DNA from: Thraustochytrium aureum
Taxonomy: Eukaryota
Assembly: GCA_012862495.1 (NCBI GenBank)
Contig: BLSG01000282.1
Span: forward strand, 32,848 to 69,564
Length of the DNA stretch: 36,717 nt
Reading direction: 5' to 3'
Of this stretch, positions 1 through 11,100 are shown piece by piece. The notes below the pieces were generated by a model. The model saw nothing but the letters and a program-made list of their open reading frames with translations, was not told the origin of the DNA and did not search any database. Position numbers and translations under genes: made by a program. The number at the start of each line of letters is the position of its first letter. The first letter of the stretch is position 1.

Positions 1-632
1 AGCCTGGCCGAGACAGCGTAGCCGTTCGGCCAGGCACGGCCAGCCGACATGCCAACCAGCAGCAACCCAAGCGCATTGCCACGAGCTCCGCCCCGAGACG
101 CCTAGATCAGCCGTTTCGAAGCCACCCATCGATCCAGGCCCGCACAAGCGAGACCACCGGCCAAGCGCAGCGCGCGGCGTGGGCTGCAGTGGGGGTTGGG
201 GGTCAAGGGCTGAGCATGTCTTGCCGAGTATTGCGCCACAACCGCGCTGGCGAACTCCACAGAGTATCCCCGTAATCCCATCCATCTGTGCCACTGGTTA
301 TCCCGGAATCGGAGTTCGACGAGGAGCGCTACCGAGTGGCAGTCGCGCATCACCGCAGTGCGCCAGGAACGGCGCAGCAGCGGCCGTGGCAGCAGCAGGA
401 CGGCCGCGCTGGCACCCTCGAGGATCTGGCCACACCCATCGCGCTGGGGATCTCCCGAGGTGGGGCTGATTGTTGGCGGATTTCGGCGACCATCGTAGGC
501 GACGAAGGAGGCTTGGTCCTAGCCTTCCACGCGCGGCACGGGTCCTGCGGGCCGGGCAGCCGCGCAGTGGTGCACGCGTGGCGCGAGCTCGGTGCGGAGC
601 TTGCAGCAAGCTCGCAACGTGGGGAAGGCGCC

Positions 633-2690
633 ATGAGCTCCGATGGTGGCTATGATGATGTGAAAACTCCCCCAGCTGACGCGCGCTCCGGCCCACGGTC
701 GCGGAAAAGGAAGAGGAAGTCGTACAAAAAGCGAAATCGCAGCAAGTCCGAGGAACGAGAGCTTTCGCTCAGCATTCCAGTCTCGCCAAAGCCGGAGAAC
801 GCGTTTGACCAGCGTCGCAAAATCATCGCGGCTGAGCAAAGCTCTGTTTCGAAGAAGCAACGCACAGGATGTCCAGACTCTCCAGTGCAGGAGAGCCCGA
901 ATGCAAAGCGTCGCAAGGCCCCCGCCGCAGACCTGGGCTATGCTCCAAAGAAGAAGCGCGCTGAAGTTCCGCGCCGGGAACCCGTCCACGAAATTCGGCC
1001 CAAGCCAAGTCTCACCAGGGCGGCCAAGGAAGGGAAGACCTACAGAACGCAACTTTCTGCTCTGGAGAGAAAAAGGGCATCTTCGGCGATATGGGACCAC
1101 GTTACGAAGTCCACCACCACCTTGTCAAAGCCGCAGCCCACCACCACCTTGCCAAAGCGGCCGGCTCAGAGCCCCATGGATGTCCACGTGCTCTGGGCGT
1201 ATATGCCATGCAAAGTCAACGGTCAGAACAAGGCGCTCGTGCACTATGCCAGGCATGGCGTGAAACAGCCCAGCACAGTCCAGGTCGGCACCGGCACAAA
1301 CACCGGGAACGGAATCGCCATCAAACTCTCCAAGTACAAGATTTGCGCAACAATCTCGATCGAGGAGCGCCACGTCAAGAGGGTGTTCCTGTACAGCTCC
1401 ACCGACAAGCGATTTGGCGTCAACTTCAGCGTCCTCTACATCAACATTGGGACCAAAACCGTCAGGTGCAAGCTGGAGGACCGAAGTGTCGGTGTCGAGT
1501 CCTTCGTGGTTGTCGCGATCGAAGAGAAATCCCACGATACGCTGAAAAGACAGCTCGAGCCCTTCGAGTGGAGTGAGCATGACTCGCGCGAAGAGGACCG
1601 CGAAATGGTGACACGTCTTGCAAAGTACTTTCAGAAGAGACGACAAAGGGTGAACCAGGAGGACTTCGAAATCGAGTTCGTCGAGAGGATCTCGGCGCCA
1701 ACCGTGGCACGAGTGTCTGAAACCTCGCGCGGTGACAGAGGCAAAGCCAACCATGTAAAAGAGCGCAGCCGTCCCTCAGAGTCTCAGCGGCCACGACAAC
1801 GGGCTCTGTACAGCGACTTGACGAGCCCCACAATCCTCGAGGTTGCAAGTGACGGCTCACCTTCCGACGTACGCCGGGGCCGACGTCGTCGCAAGGGTAG
1901 AAACCCTCCCCGCCACATCGTGCGGGACTCTGAGATGAACGAGGTCATGTTCAAGTACCCCGCCGGTCCTGCGAAGGACCAAATCACTGTGCACAAGTCC
2001 GATCTGACGCACACCGAGGACGGCGTTTTCCTCAACGACAGCGTGATCGACTTTTTCGTAAAGTACATCTTGCACGAGGGGACTCGCTTCGGCCGCGACG
2101 TCGACCCTTCGCAGGCGCAAATGCGCCTCGACTCGGTGTACGCGTTCAGCTCGCTCTTCATCAAGCGAATGGTCGACGAGAAGCGGAAGCGACGCGAGAC
2201 GAGAAGCAGATCCTCAAAGGAGCGCACCGCGGATGAAGCCATATTTGGGTCTGTGCGGCGCTGGGCGAGGAAGGTGGACCTTTTCGCTCACCGCCTCCTC
2301 GTTGCGCCCGTGAACGACGTCCAGCACTGGAGTCTCATGATGGTCTGTAACGTGGACCAGATCGTGCCTCGCGTGGCCCGTGAAATCCGGACTCTCGTGC
2401 AGAGGGATGGAGACCCGAGGAGGTCGTCGATGAAGTCAAGTCTTCTTCGTCGCCTAAGCGTGCGAAGGGCGAGATCCTGAGCACGTTGGTTGGGCGAGGC
2501 TCGGGTTTGGAACCTTCGAAGGGCCAAGGCGAATTGGGGAGCACTGACCAATCTGAGATCTCGGGCGAGCTTGCGCCGGCTCAGGTCGACGACCTCACGG
2601 TTTCAGGCGCGGGGTGTGCTGAGCGCTGTCCGCTCGAGGCCGAGGGTGCTGGGTTCCGCCCCACTGGGCCCAGCGATGCTGTTGACGGGT

Positions 2691-2726
<36 letters not shown>

Positions 2727-5700
2727 CTTCGTTGCCTTGTGCTAGAAGTGCGCGAGCAACGGATGCGCGAGGCAGCGAGAGCAGCCAGCTCGAAGGCGAT
2801 GTGTCACCTGCACGCGTTGGCACAGCTACCAAGGCGAGTGTTTCGACGGTTGACGATCTGTCCAGCCACGCCATCCGCCAAGACGACACGGACAGCGAGC
2901 CGAGTGATGCGGTCGACGGGGACGGGTCCGCTGCATTGGTGGCCGAGGAAGGCAACCAGCCTGCGCCACTCTGCCAGGCCAAGTCGCTGGACCGCGCGAA
3001 TGCAGTTGCTGACAGCGACAAAGACAGCGACGAGGACAGCGACGAAGAGGCGCGCGAGCCGAGTGATGCGTTCAACAAGCAAGTCCCCACTGCATTGGCG
3101 GCCGGGAAAGACGACCAGGCTGCGCCACGCTGCCNNNNNNNNNNNNNNNNNNNNNNNNNNNNNNNNNNNNNNNNNNNNNNNNNNNNNNNNNNNNNNNNNN
3201 NNNNNNNNNNNNNNNNNNNNNNNNNNNNNNNNNNNNNNNNNNNNNNNNNNNNNNNNNNNNNNNNNNNNNNNNNNNNNNNNNNGAGGCGCGCGCACGTCAC
3301 TCCTCGACGAAGAGCGCTGATAGCAGATCCGCACCCCAAAAACGCGATTCAAGCGCTGCCCAGAGTGCCAAGAGCGGCAATGGGCCAAGGAGCCCCCACG
3401 GTGTCGTCAGCAAGGCGGGTGGCTCCCCCCGGCGCGAAGAGCAGAGCAGCGACAGCGACTGCGGCGCTACCCACCACCTGCCAAGGGCTTCGAGTCAGCA
3501 AGGTAGGAAAAGGGAGAGAGCCCCCGCGGACCTCACCGCCTCCGAATCGTCTCGCAACAAAGCGACCGGTTCGCTAGTTGCTTGTGCCGGTACGCAGCGC
3601 AATGTTCTCGCCGTTTCAGATTCAGGCTCTGATGACGGGAACGATTCTGCGGCGTTGGTGGACTGCGAGAGCGAGAATTCATCGTACAAGACTGCCCAAA
3701 GCCAAGCCGCGTCGAGATCACCTGATGAGGCTTCGGTCAGCGGTCCTCCTGTGACCAATCTGCTCCCACTGGATTCTCCAGAGCGCGGCACAGTCGTTGG
3801 AGGAGGGAGCTTTGTTGCACCTCGTGAAGTCGACGACGAAGAGGAAGAGGAAGAGGGTGATGGTGACGAGGAAGATGGTGATGATGAGGTGGAGGACGGC
3901 GACGAGGACCGTGGCGAGGGCAAGGGCGAGGGAGACGAGGTGGGCCGATGCAAAGGGCCGTCCATGCTTCGGTCCAGAGAGTTGCGATCCGCCGCATTGC
4001 CGCGAGCAAGCGATTATGATGAGCACCGAAGGCCAAAGGAGAGATCATCGTATGCATACGGCACAGTGGACGTGCCTTGCAGGACGAAAGCGGGAAACAA
4101 CGGAACGGGTCAGTTCACCGCCGCGGCTCTCATCTCCTCAGATTCAGAGTGTAGCACGAGCGGGAAGGCTCTCGCGGGTTCATCGAGCCGCAAGAGCGGC
4201 CGAGCATCGTCCAAGGCCGCACAGCGTCGAGTCCCGTCGCCAACGTTGGCCACAGGTGGCGTTGGCGGAAATCTGCGACCAATCAAGATTCGCCGGGTCG
4301 TGGCGCAGTCCCTGTACTGACCGTTAAGGACGGAGGCGAGGGCTCGGGCTCTGCGAGCGAGTTGGAGGACAGCGCAGAGGAGGAGGACAAGTACCGCGAG
4401 AACGAAGTCGCGGGCAGCAAGAACGAGGACAAGCGCCAGGACGAGAGCGAGGCCGAGGATGACGTCGAGGATGTTTGCTCGCAGGGTGGCGGAACAGCTA
4501 CATCACGTAGCGCCCTGCCTTTCGCTGAACCAGCACAAAACGGCGAGCTTGCCCGCAGGAGGGGCGTGTCCCCAAAGAACGAGAGCTGTCCGCCCAAAAC
4601 CTGCATGCTGAACGAGGCGGGTGCGTCAGATGACAGTGTCGACGACATGGACTCACCGACTGGTAGAAATGCTGCGCTGGGGAGTGGTTCTAGTCGTGAG
4701 GAGGTGACCTGTAGCAAGGCCAACAGCAGCACTGGGGACGGTACCCGGAGCGAGAATGGCGAGGAACCCGCCAAAGCAGAGTCAGGCGCCGCCGAAGAGT
4801 CGCTCGCAGCAGCAGAGTCGCGCGCAGCAGGAGCAGCCGCCTGCACTAGCTTGGACGGTAACGCCGCGAATGGCGACGGTGACGTCTCCGCCAAGGACAG
4901 CGCGCCCGGCGATTTGGCCGAGGAGGCCGGCACAGCAGCTGGTCTGCCCAGGGGCGAAAGCAACAATGAAAGCGAGCCGACTCCAAGCCCTGGGGGCGTC
5001 GAGGCGGCAACGCGAGAGGATGGGAGGCCGCACTTTTCTCGGCGGCAGTTGACCGACGCCGAGGTAGAGTTCGACCGCAAGCGTGCGCCCTGTTTTGTCT
5101 ACATGGATTCGCTGCAGACGCACAACCCGCAAAAGGTAAGTTGTTGCGGGGGTCTGAGCCAGCTCGGCTGATTGTTGTTGGAGCCTGGTCCCGTGCGCGA
5201 ATATGCTGTTGACAAGGCGCACGGCGAACAACGACGCTTGGGTCTGCGCGCAGTTTGTAAATTTGATGCGGCTTTACCTCAAGATGGCGTTCAAGGAGCG
5301 CATCGACTGTAGCGGGCTGGCGCATGACGCTGCGCTCAAGGATCGAGCGATCAAGAACGTGCTCACAAACATGCCCATTGTCATACCTCCGTTGGACATG
5401 CAGCCAAACTCGTACGACTGCGGTACGTATGTTTTGAGGTACGTGGAGACGTTCCTCGCCATGTACGCCGAGGGCGTCATCTCGCTCGAGGACGTGAAAG
5501 GGAGCATGGAAGAGCACTTTTCTCGCGGTGTTGTCACGGCTCAATCCGCGGCAAAACTTAGGGTCGAGCTTGGCGATCTCATGCTTGAAAAGGCAAGGCT
5601 GGCAAAGGTGCAGGAGCGGAGTGGCCGCGAAGGGAGCACCTCGTCTGACCAACAAAGGAGACCGAGCTCCTCGAATAGCGGGCCGTGCCTGAAAGGTCCC

Positions 5701-5757
5701 CAGACCGGAGAGGCGGAAGAGGACGATGACGTGGTCGTTATGGAGGCGAACCCGTAG
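633..5757 (+). CDS. SUMO-specific protease, peptidase C48, SENP6/SENP7/Ulp2-like; reconstructed across two -1 frameshifts (~2415, ~4270), one N-gap and one intron
   Basis: Motifs VMFKYP..KDQITVHKSDL..GVFLNDSVIDFFVKYI, YAFSSLF, VRRWARKVDLF, APVNDVQHWSL (His 2325-2327), PCFVYMDSL (Asp 5106-5108) and QPNSYDCGTYVLRYVETF (Cys 5419-5421) give the complete C48 triad. Start taken as gcgccATG at 633, although the frame is open further upstream; stop TAG at 5757. The N-terminus is basic (NLS-like RKRKRK) and is followed by a beta-rich, possibly PH-like segment. Confidence 0.88.
1111..1167 (+). repeat. 27-bp in-frame tandem duplication (TTTLSKPQP/TTTLPKRPA)
   Basis: ccaccaccaccttg(t/c)caaagc occurs at 1111 and 1138. 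Confidence 0.8.
2666..3134 (+). repeat. Degenerate coding repeats (EPSDA...ALxAxxxxQxAPxC) in the protease insertion, plus a (GCG)n poly-Ala tract
   Basis: gagccgagtgatgcg...ctgcattgg...ctgcgccac.ctgcc occurs at 2897 and 3056 (159-nt spacing), with a weaker GPSDAVDG copy at 2666. GCG run at about 2692-2724. The second copy runs into the N-gap at 3135. Confidence 0.75.
5136..5253 (+). other. Spliceosomal GT-AG intron (118 nt, phase 0) in the SUMO protease gene
   Basis: AAG|GTAAGT...GCGCAG|TTT. Splicing joins YMDSLQTHNPQK to FVNLMRLYL in frame and removes a stop. Confidence 0.9.
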
Positions 5758-6239
5758 TCGCGCCTCGCGCGGTCCTCTGTGCGGCACCTTGGGGTGTTTT
5801 TTGTAAAGCAATTGTGCAAGCTTCGCAAAGGCAAAGCACCGTCCGGGTGGTGGCGCAGGTGACCGGGCGTGTCAGGCGCCTGCTTGGCTAAACCATCCCC
5901 TGTATCATAAGAAAGGCGGAGAAAATACCGTTCGTGGACAAGTCGCACTCAGCGCGGTTTGGCCTCATCAAGGCCACTTTCATCGCTCAACGGCGTTTAT
6001 TGCTGCCTTCGCAGAACGCCGAATGCCGATTTGCCGTTCGTTCGGACGCGGAATCGCGCAGTGCACGTCTTGTTCTTGCGGTGGTCGCTCGGCCCTCCTG
6101 GGCCCGCCTGAAAAGTAATCTTTAAAATCTTTGTTTGGTGTGAAAGGAAGCACGAAGGAGGCCGCTCGCCTGGCAAGGTCCACTCGCCCGGATCAGGCGA
6201 TGGGCCAGTGCGTTTGAATTTTTCCATGGGAAGGCACAA

Positions 6240-6299
6240 TGCAGGCATGCAGGCATGCAGGCAGGCAGGCAGGCAGGCAGGAAGGCAGGCAGACAGGCG
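6240..6299. repeat. (GCAG)n / GCAGGCAT microsatellite
   Basis: tgcaggcatgcaggcatgcaggcaggcaggcaggcaggcag... between two convergent genes. Confidence 0.85.
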
Positions 6300-6434
6300 A
6301 CTTCGCACCGTGCTTGGGGACTTTTCTTGCCTTGGCTAGGGCAAAGCGTTTTGGTTTGATGGTGGCTCTTTTGATGCGAGGCCCTCAAGCGCCATCATGC
6401 GCACAAGCCAAGGGCAAGACCGCGGCGCGTCAAG

Positions 6435-6821
6435 CTAGTGAAAGTGACCCTGCTGCTCCACGCTTGCCAGCAGCGCGTAGTCCTCTGCTGGATACGGCTG
6501 CGGCGGGGCGTCCATCATCGGCTCCGTCTTGGTGCTCACCTTTTTCTTCTTGGGCGGCGGGGCGATCAGCCTGTTCTTCTGCTGCTCCTTAAACTCTAGC
6601 TTGAGCCGCTCCAGCTTGCGCGTCGCCTTCTCGCACTCGTCACGCGGCAGCACGCCGTACTCGAGGCACCACTTGAGCGCCATCAGGCTTTCCGGGTTTT
6701 GCCTTCCACCGCCCACCGTCAGTCAGCTCGAACTTCCGCCACGGCCGAGCCAGCCCAGACTTGCTTGTACAGCGACTCGTAGAACACACGCGTGCCTGCC
6801 CCTGGCGGCGGCGTGTCCTTG
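6435..6821 (-). CDS. Small conserved eukaryotic protein of unknown function; 5'-partial (exons 6821-6765 and 6702-6435, upstream exon presumably in the gap)
   Basis: Spliced reading KDTPPPGAGTRVFYESLYKQNPESLMALKWCLEYGVLPRDE resembles an uncharacterised TP..R.FYESL..Q.P.S.MA..W..E.G.L motif I recall from plants and protists. PPPKKKK is NLS-like. Upstream acceptor ggctgac...ggcag ends at 6822. Confidence 0.8.
6703..6764 (-). other. GC-AG intron (62 nt)
   Basis: TACAA|GCAAGT...GAGCTGACTGAC...GGAAG|GCAAAAC restores YKQNPES. The nearby GT donor (GTCTGG) gives the wrong frame. Confidence 0.72.
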
Positions 6822-7489
6822 CTGCCGCGCGCAACAGGTCAGCCAAGCNNNNNNNNNNNNNNNNNNNNNNNNNNNNNNNNNNNNNNNNNNNNNNNNNNNN
6901 NNNNNNNNNNNNNNNNNNNNNNNNNNNNNNNNNNNNNNNNNNNNNNNNNNNNNNNNNNNNNNNNNNNNNNNNNNNNNNNNNNNNNNNNNNNNNNNNNNNN
7001 NNNNNNNNNNNNNNNNNNNNNNNNNNNNNNNNNNNNNNNNNNNNNNNNNNNNNNNNNNNNNNNNNNNNNNNNNNNNNNNNNNNNNNNNNNNNNNNNNNNN
7101 NNNNNNNNNNNNNNNNNNNNNNNNNNNNNNNNNNNNNNNNNNNNNNNNNNNNNNNNNNNNNNNNNNNNNNNNNNNNNNNNNNNNNNNNNNNNNNNNNNNN
7201 NNNNNNNNNNNNNNNNNNNNNNNNNNTGGGCGCGGACGACGCGAATGCGGGCGATGCGGGCGGCGCGGGCGCGGACGTCGTGGATTATATGCAGCTGGTG
7301 CGGATAACGGCGTGGAGTTGATGCTCTTGATGCAGATGGAGATGTGGGCGAGGACGACGCGCGAGTGTCCTTTCAAGGGATCGAGCTCATGAGGTGAGGA
7401 AGTGCTCGAATTGGTTGCTGTGGATTGGTGGGCGCCGGTGAGCAGGCCGGCCAGTTCACCTGTGAGCGCTGGATGGTACTGCAAGGAAC

Positions 7490-7870
7490 GGTGGGTGACA
7501 GAGACTGCCCTGGAAGCGGCTTGGTACGTGAGTGGAGAGAAATACAAAAATCGTCCACCGCCCTCGACTCCGTGCGGTTGGAATGATACTGCGCTGCTAG
7601 CTCTACTTCGAAACGAGACGGCACTTGATCCACTTCGTGTGGTCGATGTGCAACTACGCCACGAAAAGAGATGGAAAGGCGCGAGCTCCAGAGGTTGAAC
7701 GAAACGGCGCTGCCGCACCGTGTGAGGCCAGCCAGCGCAAACACGGACGTCTCGCTGCGCCACGGAGACGGCACTTCATCTACTCAACGTGGTTGGTGCG
7801 CTACTGCGCTGCGGCAAAAGAGAGGAAGGCGCGACCTCCAAAAGTCGAACGAAATGGCACTGCCGGTCCT
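7490..7870 (+). pseudogene. Decayed repeat-protein relic, ankyrin-like, with a 150-bp-period duplication
   Basis: gagacggcactt...aaaagaga(t)ggaa(a)ggcgcga.ctcca.a.gt.gaacgaaa.ggc.ctgccg occurs at 7615 and 7765. Fragments ETALEAA, DTALLA, ETALDP, ETALPH and ETALHLL..VGALLRCG are scattered over different frames with stops. Confidence 0.4.
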
Positions 7871-8139
7871 CGGCAGCAGCACCACCTGTGTGAGGCGGCA
7901 CGCTGGAATGACCCAGACCCCATCGGGCCTGGAACACAAACGCGATTCAAAGGTACCTTGCCCAGATGACGGACGCAAGATTTGATGGTGAGGGGGTCTC
8001 GCGATGCTGGCACAAGACGCCCGTGAAAACCTGCTGATGCTTACTTGCGGGGCCTCTCAACGAAAGCAGCTGACCGAGGTAGCTCCTTCGCGAGAATGCC
8101 AAGGCACGAGCCGCTGGCGAGCGAGCCCCAACCAACTGA

Positions 8140-11100
8140 TCAGCGCGAACCCCCACCAAAGACAGAAGTAAACCCACGCGCCAATTTGGACGCAACGCCC
8201 ACAGCTTCGCTTGCCACGCCTCGAGCAGTCGTGAGCACCCTAGCGGTGTCAAGTTTGCTGAGTACAGCGTTCTTTGCAGAAGCAAGCTTGGCCGTCACAT
8301 CCATGGACCCCACGAGAGGAATGCGCGCGCTCGGCCCCGAAGGCACAAAGCCCGGGAGTGGCGCGAGGCAAAGCGTGCCGTCAGCCGCACCCACAAGGAT
8401 GGCCTCCTCAGTGCTGTTCAGAGACACGCAAGTGAGCGCGGGTCTACGCACCGGCGCAGAGCCAGCCGCGTTGAGCCCCGATGAAAAAGCGCTGGGCCAA
8501 ATGGAAAAGGTCGCGATGTGAGCCAGGCCGCCCTCCACGGCCCAGGCGGTTACTGTCCCGGACTCGCCAACGCAAACGGCGAGCTCTCGCGCTTGCGAGC
8601 CGTGGTCGAGCTTTGTAAATGTGACGTCGTGGAGCACCTCGCCAACGTCGACGGCCGCGAGGGGCGCAGAAACTCGCGACGACTTGTGCACAACAAGTCG
8701 GGCCCGCTCGGTGTGCAAGAGCACCTTGCCCGAGAGGTCGGAGACGCGGGCGAGGAGGACGCCTTCCGCAGCAGCTTCGTGAAACATTCCCAGCACCTTG
8801 CCAGAGACGAACGAGTGCAAGAGGCAGCGGCCGCGAGAGACCGAGACGATCAGCCCTTGCGCCTCGGAGACTGCGAGGGCGATTATGGGCCCCACGTGGC
8901 CGGAGAGCGCAAGCCGCGGCGTCGCCGCAATGCCCCACTCTCCCGAGCCCTCCGAGGAATCAAGCAGGTCCCAAACGCGCACCGAGCCCTGTTCGCAGCC
9001 CGAAACCAGGGAGGCGCCGTTGATCGCAAGAGCCGAGATGTCGGCGAGGTGGGCGGTCACGCTCGCACACCACGTCCGCAGGTGGCCAGAGTCGGTGGCG
9101 ATGAAGTACACCTCAAGCGAGCCGATGCCATGGCCTGCGTGAGCGAGAACCTTGCCGTCGCAGCTCCACGCCAGAACGCCCTTTTGCATCCGCTCGCGCA
9201 GGGCGCGCTGGGCGAGGCCCTCGCCGCTGCCGTCGGCAAGCGAAGTCTCCTGGCCCGGGCCAGTTGTCCCCGACCAGGCAAGGCTGCGCCTAGTTGAGGC
9301 GAGAGGAAGTTGATGCAGAGGGAAGCAGGACACTATATCCGCTGTCGTGCCCGGCTCGAGAGATTCTGCCTGCGCCTCGAGCGACTCTGGCGAAGGCAGC
9401 AAGCTCAGCGGCGGGGTGGCGCAGTCGGGCGATGCGGCAAAGAGCGCTTCAAGCTCTGGCGCAGCGGCGGCTGCGGCCGCGCCACAGCCCCGCCAGGCGC
9501 GTGGTCGCTCGGCGAAGCAGCCCGCCCATCACGCACTGGTGCCTCGTCGTCGACCTGGTCTGTCCCGCCCTCTGAGACTTGGGTCTCCGCGCTGTCTGTC
9601 CGAGACGGACGGGGGCGCTCTGAGGCCTCGGTGCGACCCCAGACAAACGAGCAGAGCTGACCCGACTCGAAAACACAGATGGCCCGGTTGTCGAGGAGGC
9701 GGACCGCCAGGACGCTGCCGAGGTCCGACGGCAAGCAGTGGGCTGCCCCTGGAAACGGCGTCGGAGCAGAGCCACGACCCTTGCCAGCGGCTAGGCCATC
9801 CGCGAGGACGTCACACACGTTGCGGAAGAGAGCGCCGAGCGGCGCGGGAGGGCCAGGGGGCTCACCGCGCGGCGGGTGGGGCCGCGAGAAGATCTGCAGG
9901 GGGCACTGGCCGAAGTGCTTGATCTGCAGCTCGGTCGCGATCCGCATGCCCGGGTCCTTGATCGAGTCGATGTTGACTGCGCCGGGATAGGTAAGGTAGT
10001 AGAAAACGTTGTCGGCCTCGGCAGCATCCGGTAGCCGCGCCTTGTGACCAAAGATGAGGTCAACCCACTTGTGGAGGTGGCTCGAGACGTGGTCGCTCTC
10101 GAGTGCCTGGCGCATCTTGGTGATAAAGCGGTCCGCGCAGCCGTGCGCCCAGGGCGGGAGCTCGACGTCCCCCACGGGGCTGCCGTCGTGAGAGGTGCCC
10201 AGGTCGAACCCGTTGTGGTTGACGAGAAACTCAGGCATGTAGTAAAACTCTGGTGTGAGCTCCTTGACCTCGGACATGGCCGTTGTGCAGAGGCGCCAGG
10301 TGCCGGGCACCGAGTTGAAGAGCCGGTCCGGCAGGTCCAGGTGGCCATCTTGCATGCGGATGTGAAGCGAGGTAAAGGGCTCCATCCGGACGAGAAAGTA
10401 CAGCACGACGCCAGCCATCGTCGAGTAGTGAGAGCCGTAGTGGAACTTTGGCGTGGAGGGGTCGTCAAACGTCCGGTACCTCTCGCGAGCCTCCTCGAGG
10501 CGGTCCTCTGTTAGCGCACCCATCGGTTTGGAGAGGTCGCGGAATACGGCCGGGTCAGCCAAGTCCAGCTCGTCCGACTCGTAGTCGGCAAGCACCCAGG
10601 GAAACACCGGGTATTGGGTCAGGTCTGAGGTGGACCGCCCTGCCAGCGCGTTGAGACGCATCAGGTACTCAAAGTTTGAGAGCGCGCGCTCCTGCCAGAG
10701 CTTGGTGTAGCGCGTCACGAGGTTGCGCACCGTCTCTCCTGGGCGCTGCGACCGCTTGCGCACCCGTGCAGGCAGCGCGCTCCACAGCTTGTTGACTAGA
10801 TTGTTTCGGACCCAGTTTGAGCTGTGCCTCGGCTCCTCGCGGACGCCAATCTCCCCTCGCTCGTCCTCGAACAGCACGCATTCAACCTGCGGCTCAAAGT
10901 CAAAAAGGTAGGCTTCGTGCCGATTGCCACGGACAAACATCTCGAGCGCGCTGTCGCGCATGCGGTAGCGTCGCAGCAGAACTCGGTCGATGTCGCCCAC
11001 GAGCCAGACGCGCCTTGGTCGGCGCTTGAGCCGCTGGACGACCCCGCGATGCGTGGCCGCCTCCTGCGCTTCGAGCGCCGACGGCGCGAGCTCGCCGCGC

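Noticed and set aside
2..35. Perfect 10-bp inverted repeat GCCTGGCCGA...TCGGCCAGGC
   Set aside because: A single GC-rich hairpin at the window edge; plausible by chance with no supporting context.
288..632. 115-codon N-terminal extension of the protease ORF
   Set aside because: It starts at GTG, has no ATG before 633 and shows no recognisable similarity. It cannot be excluded but is unsupported.
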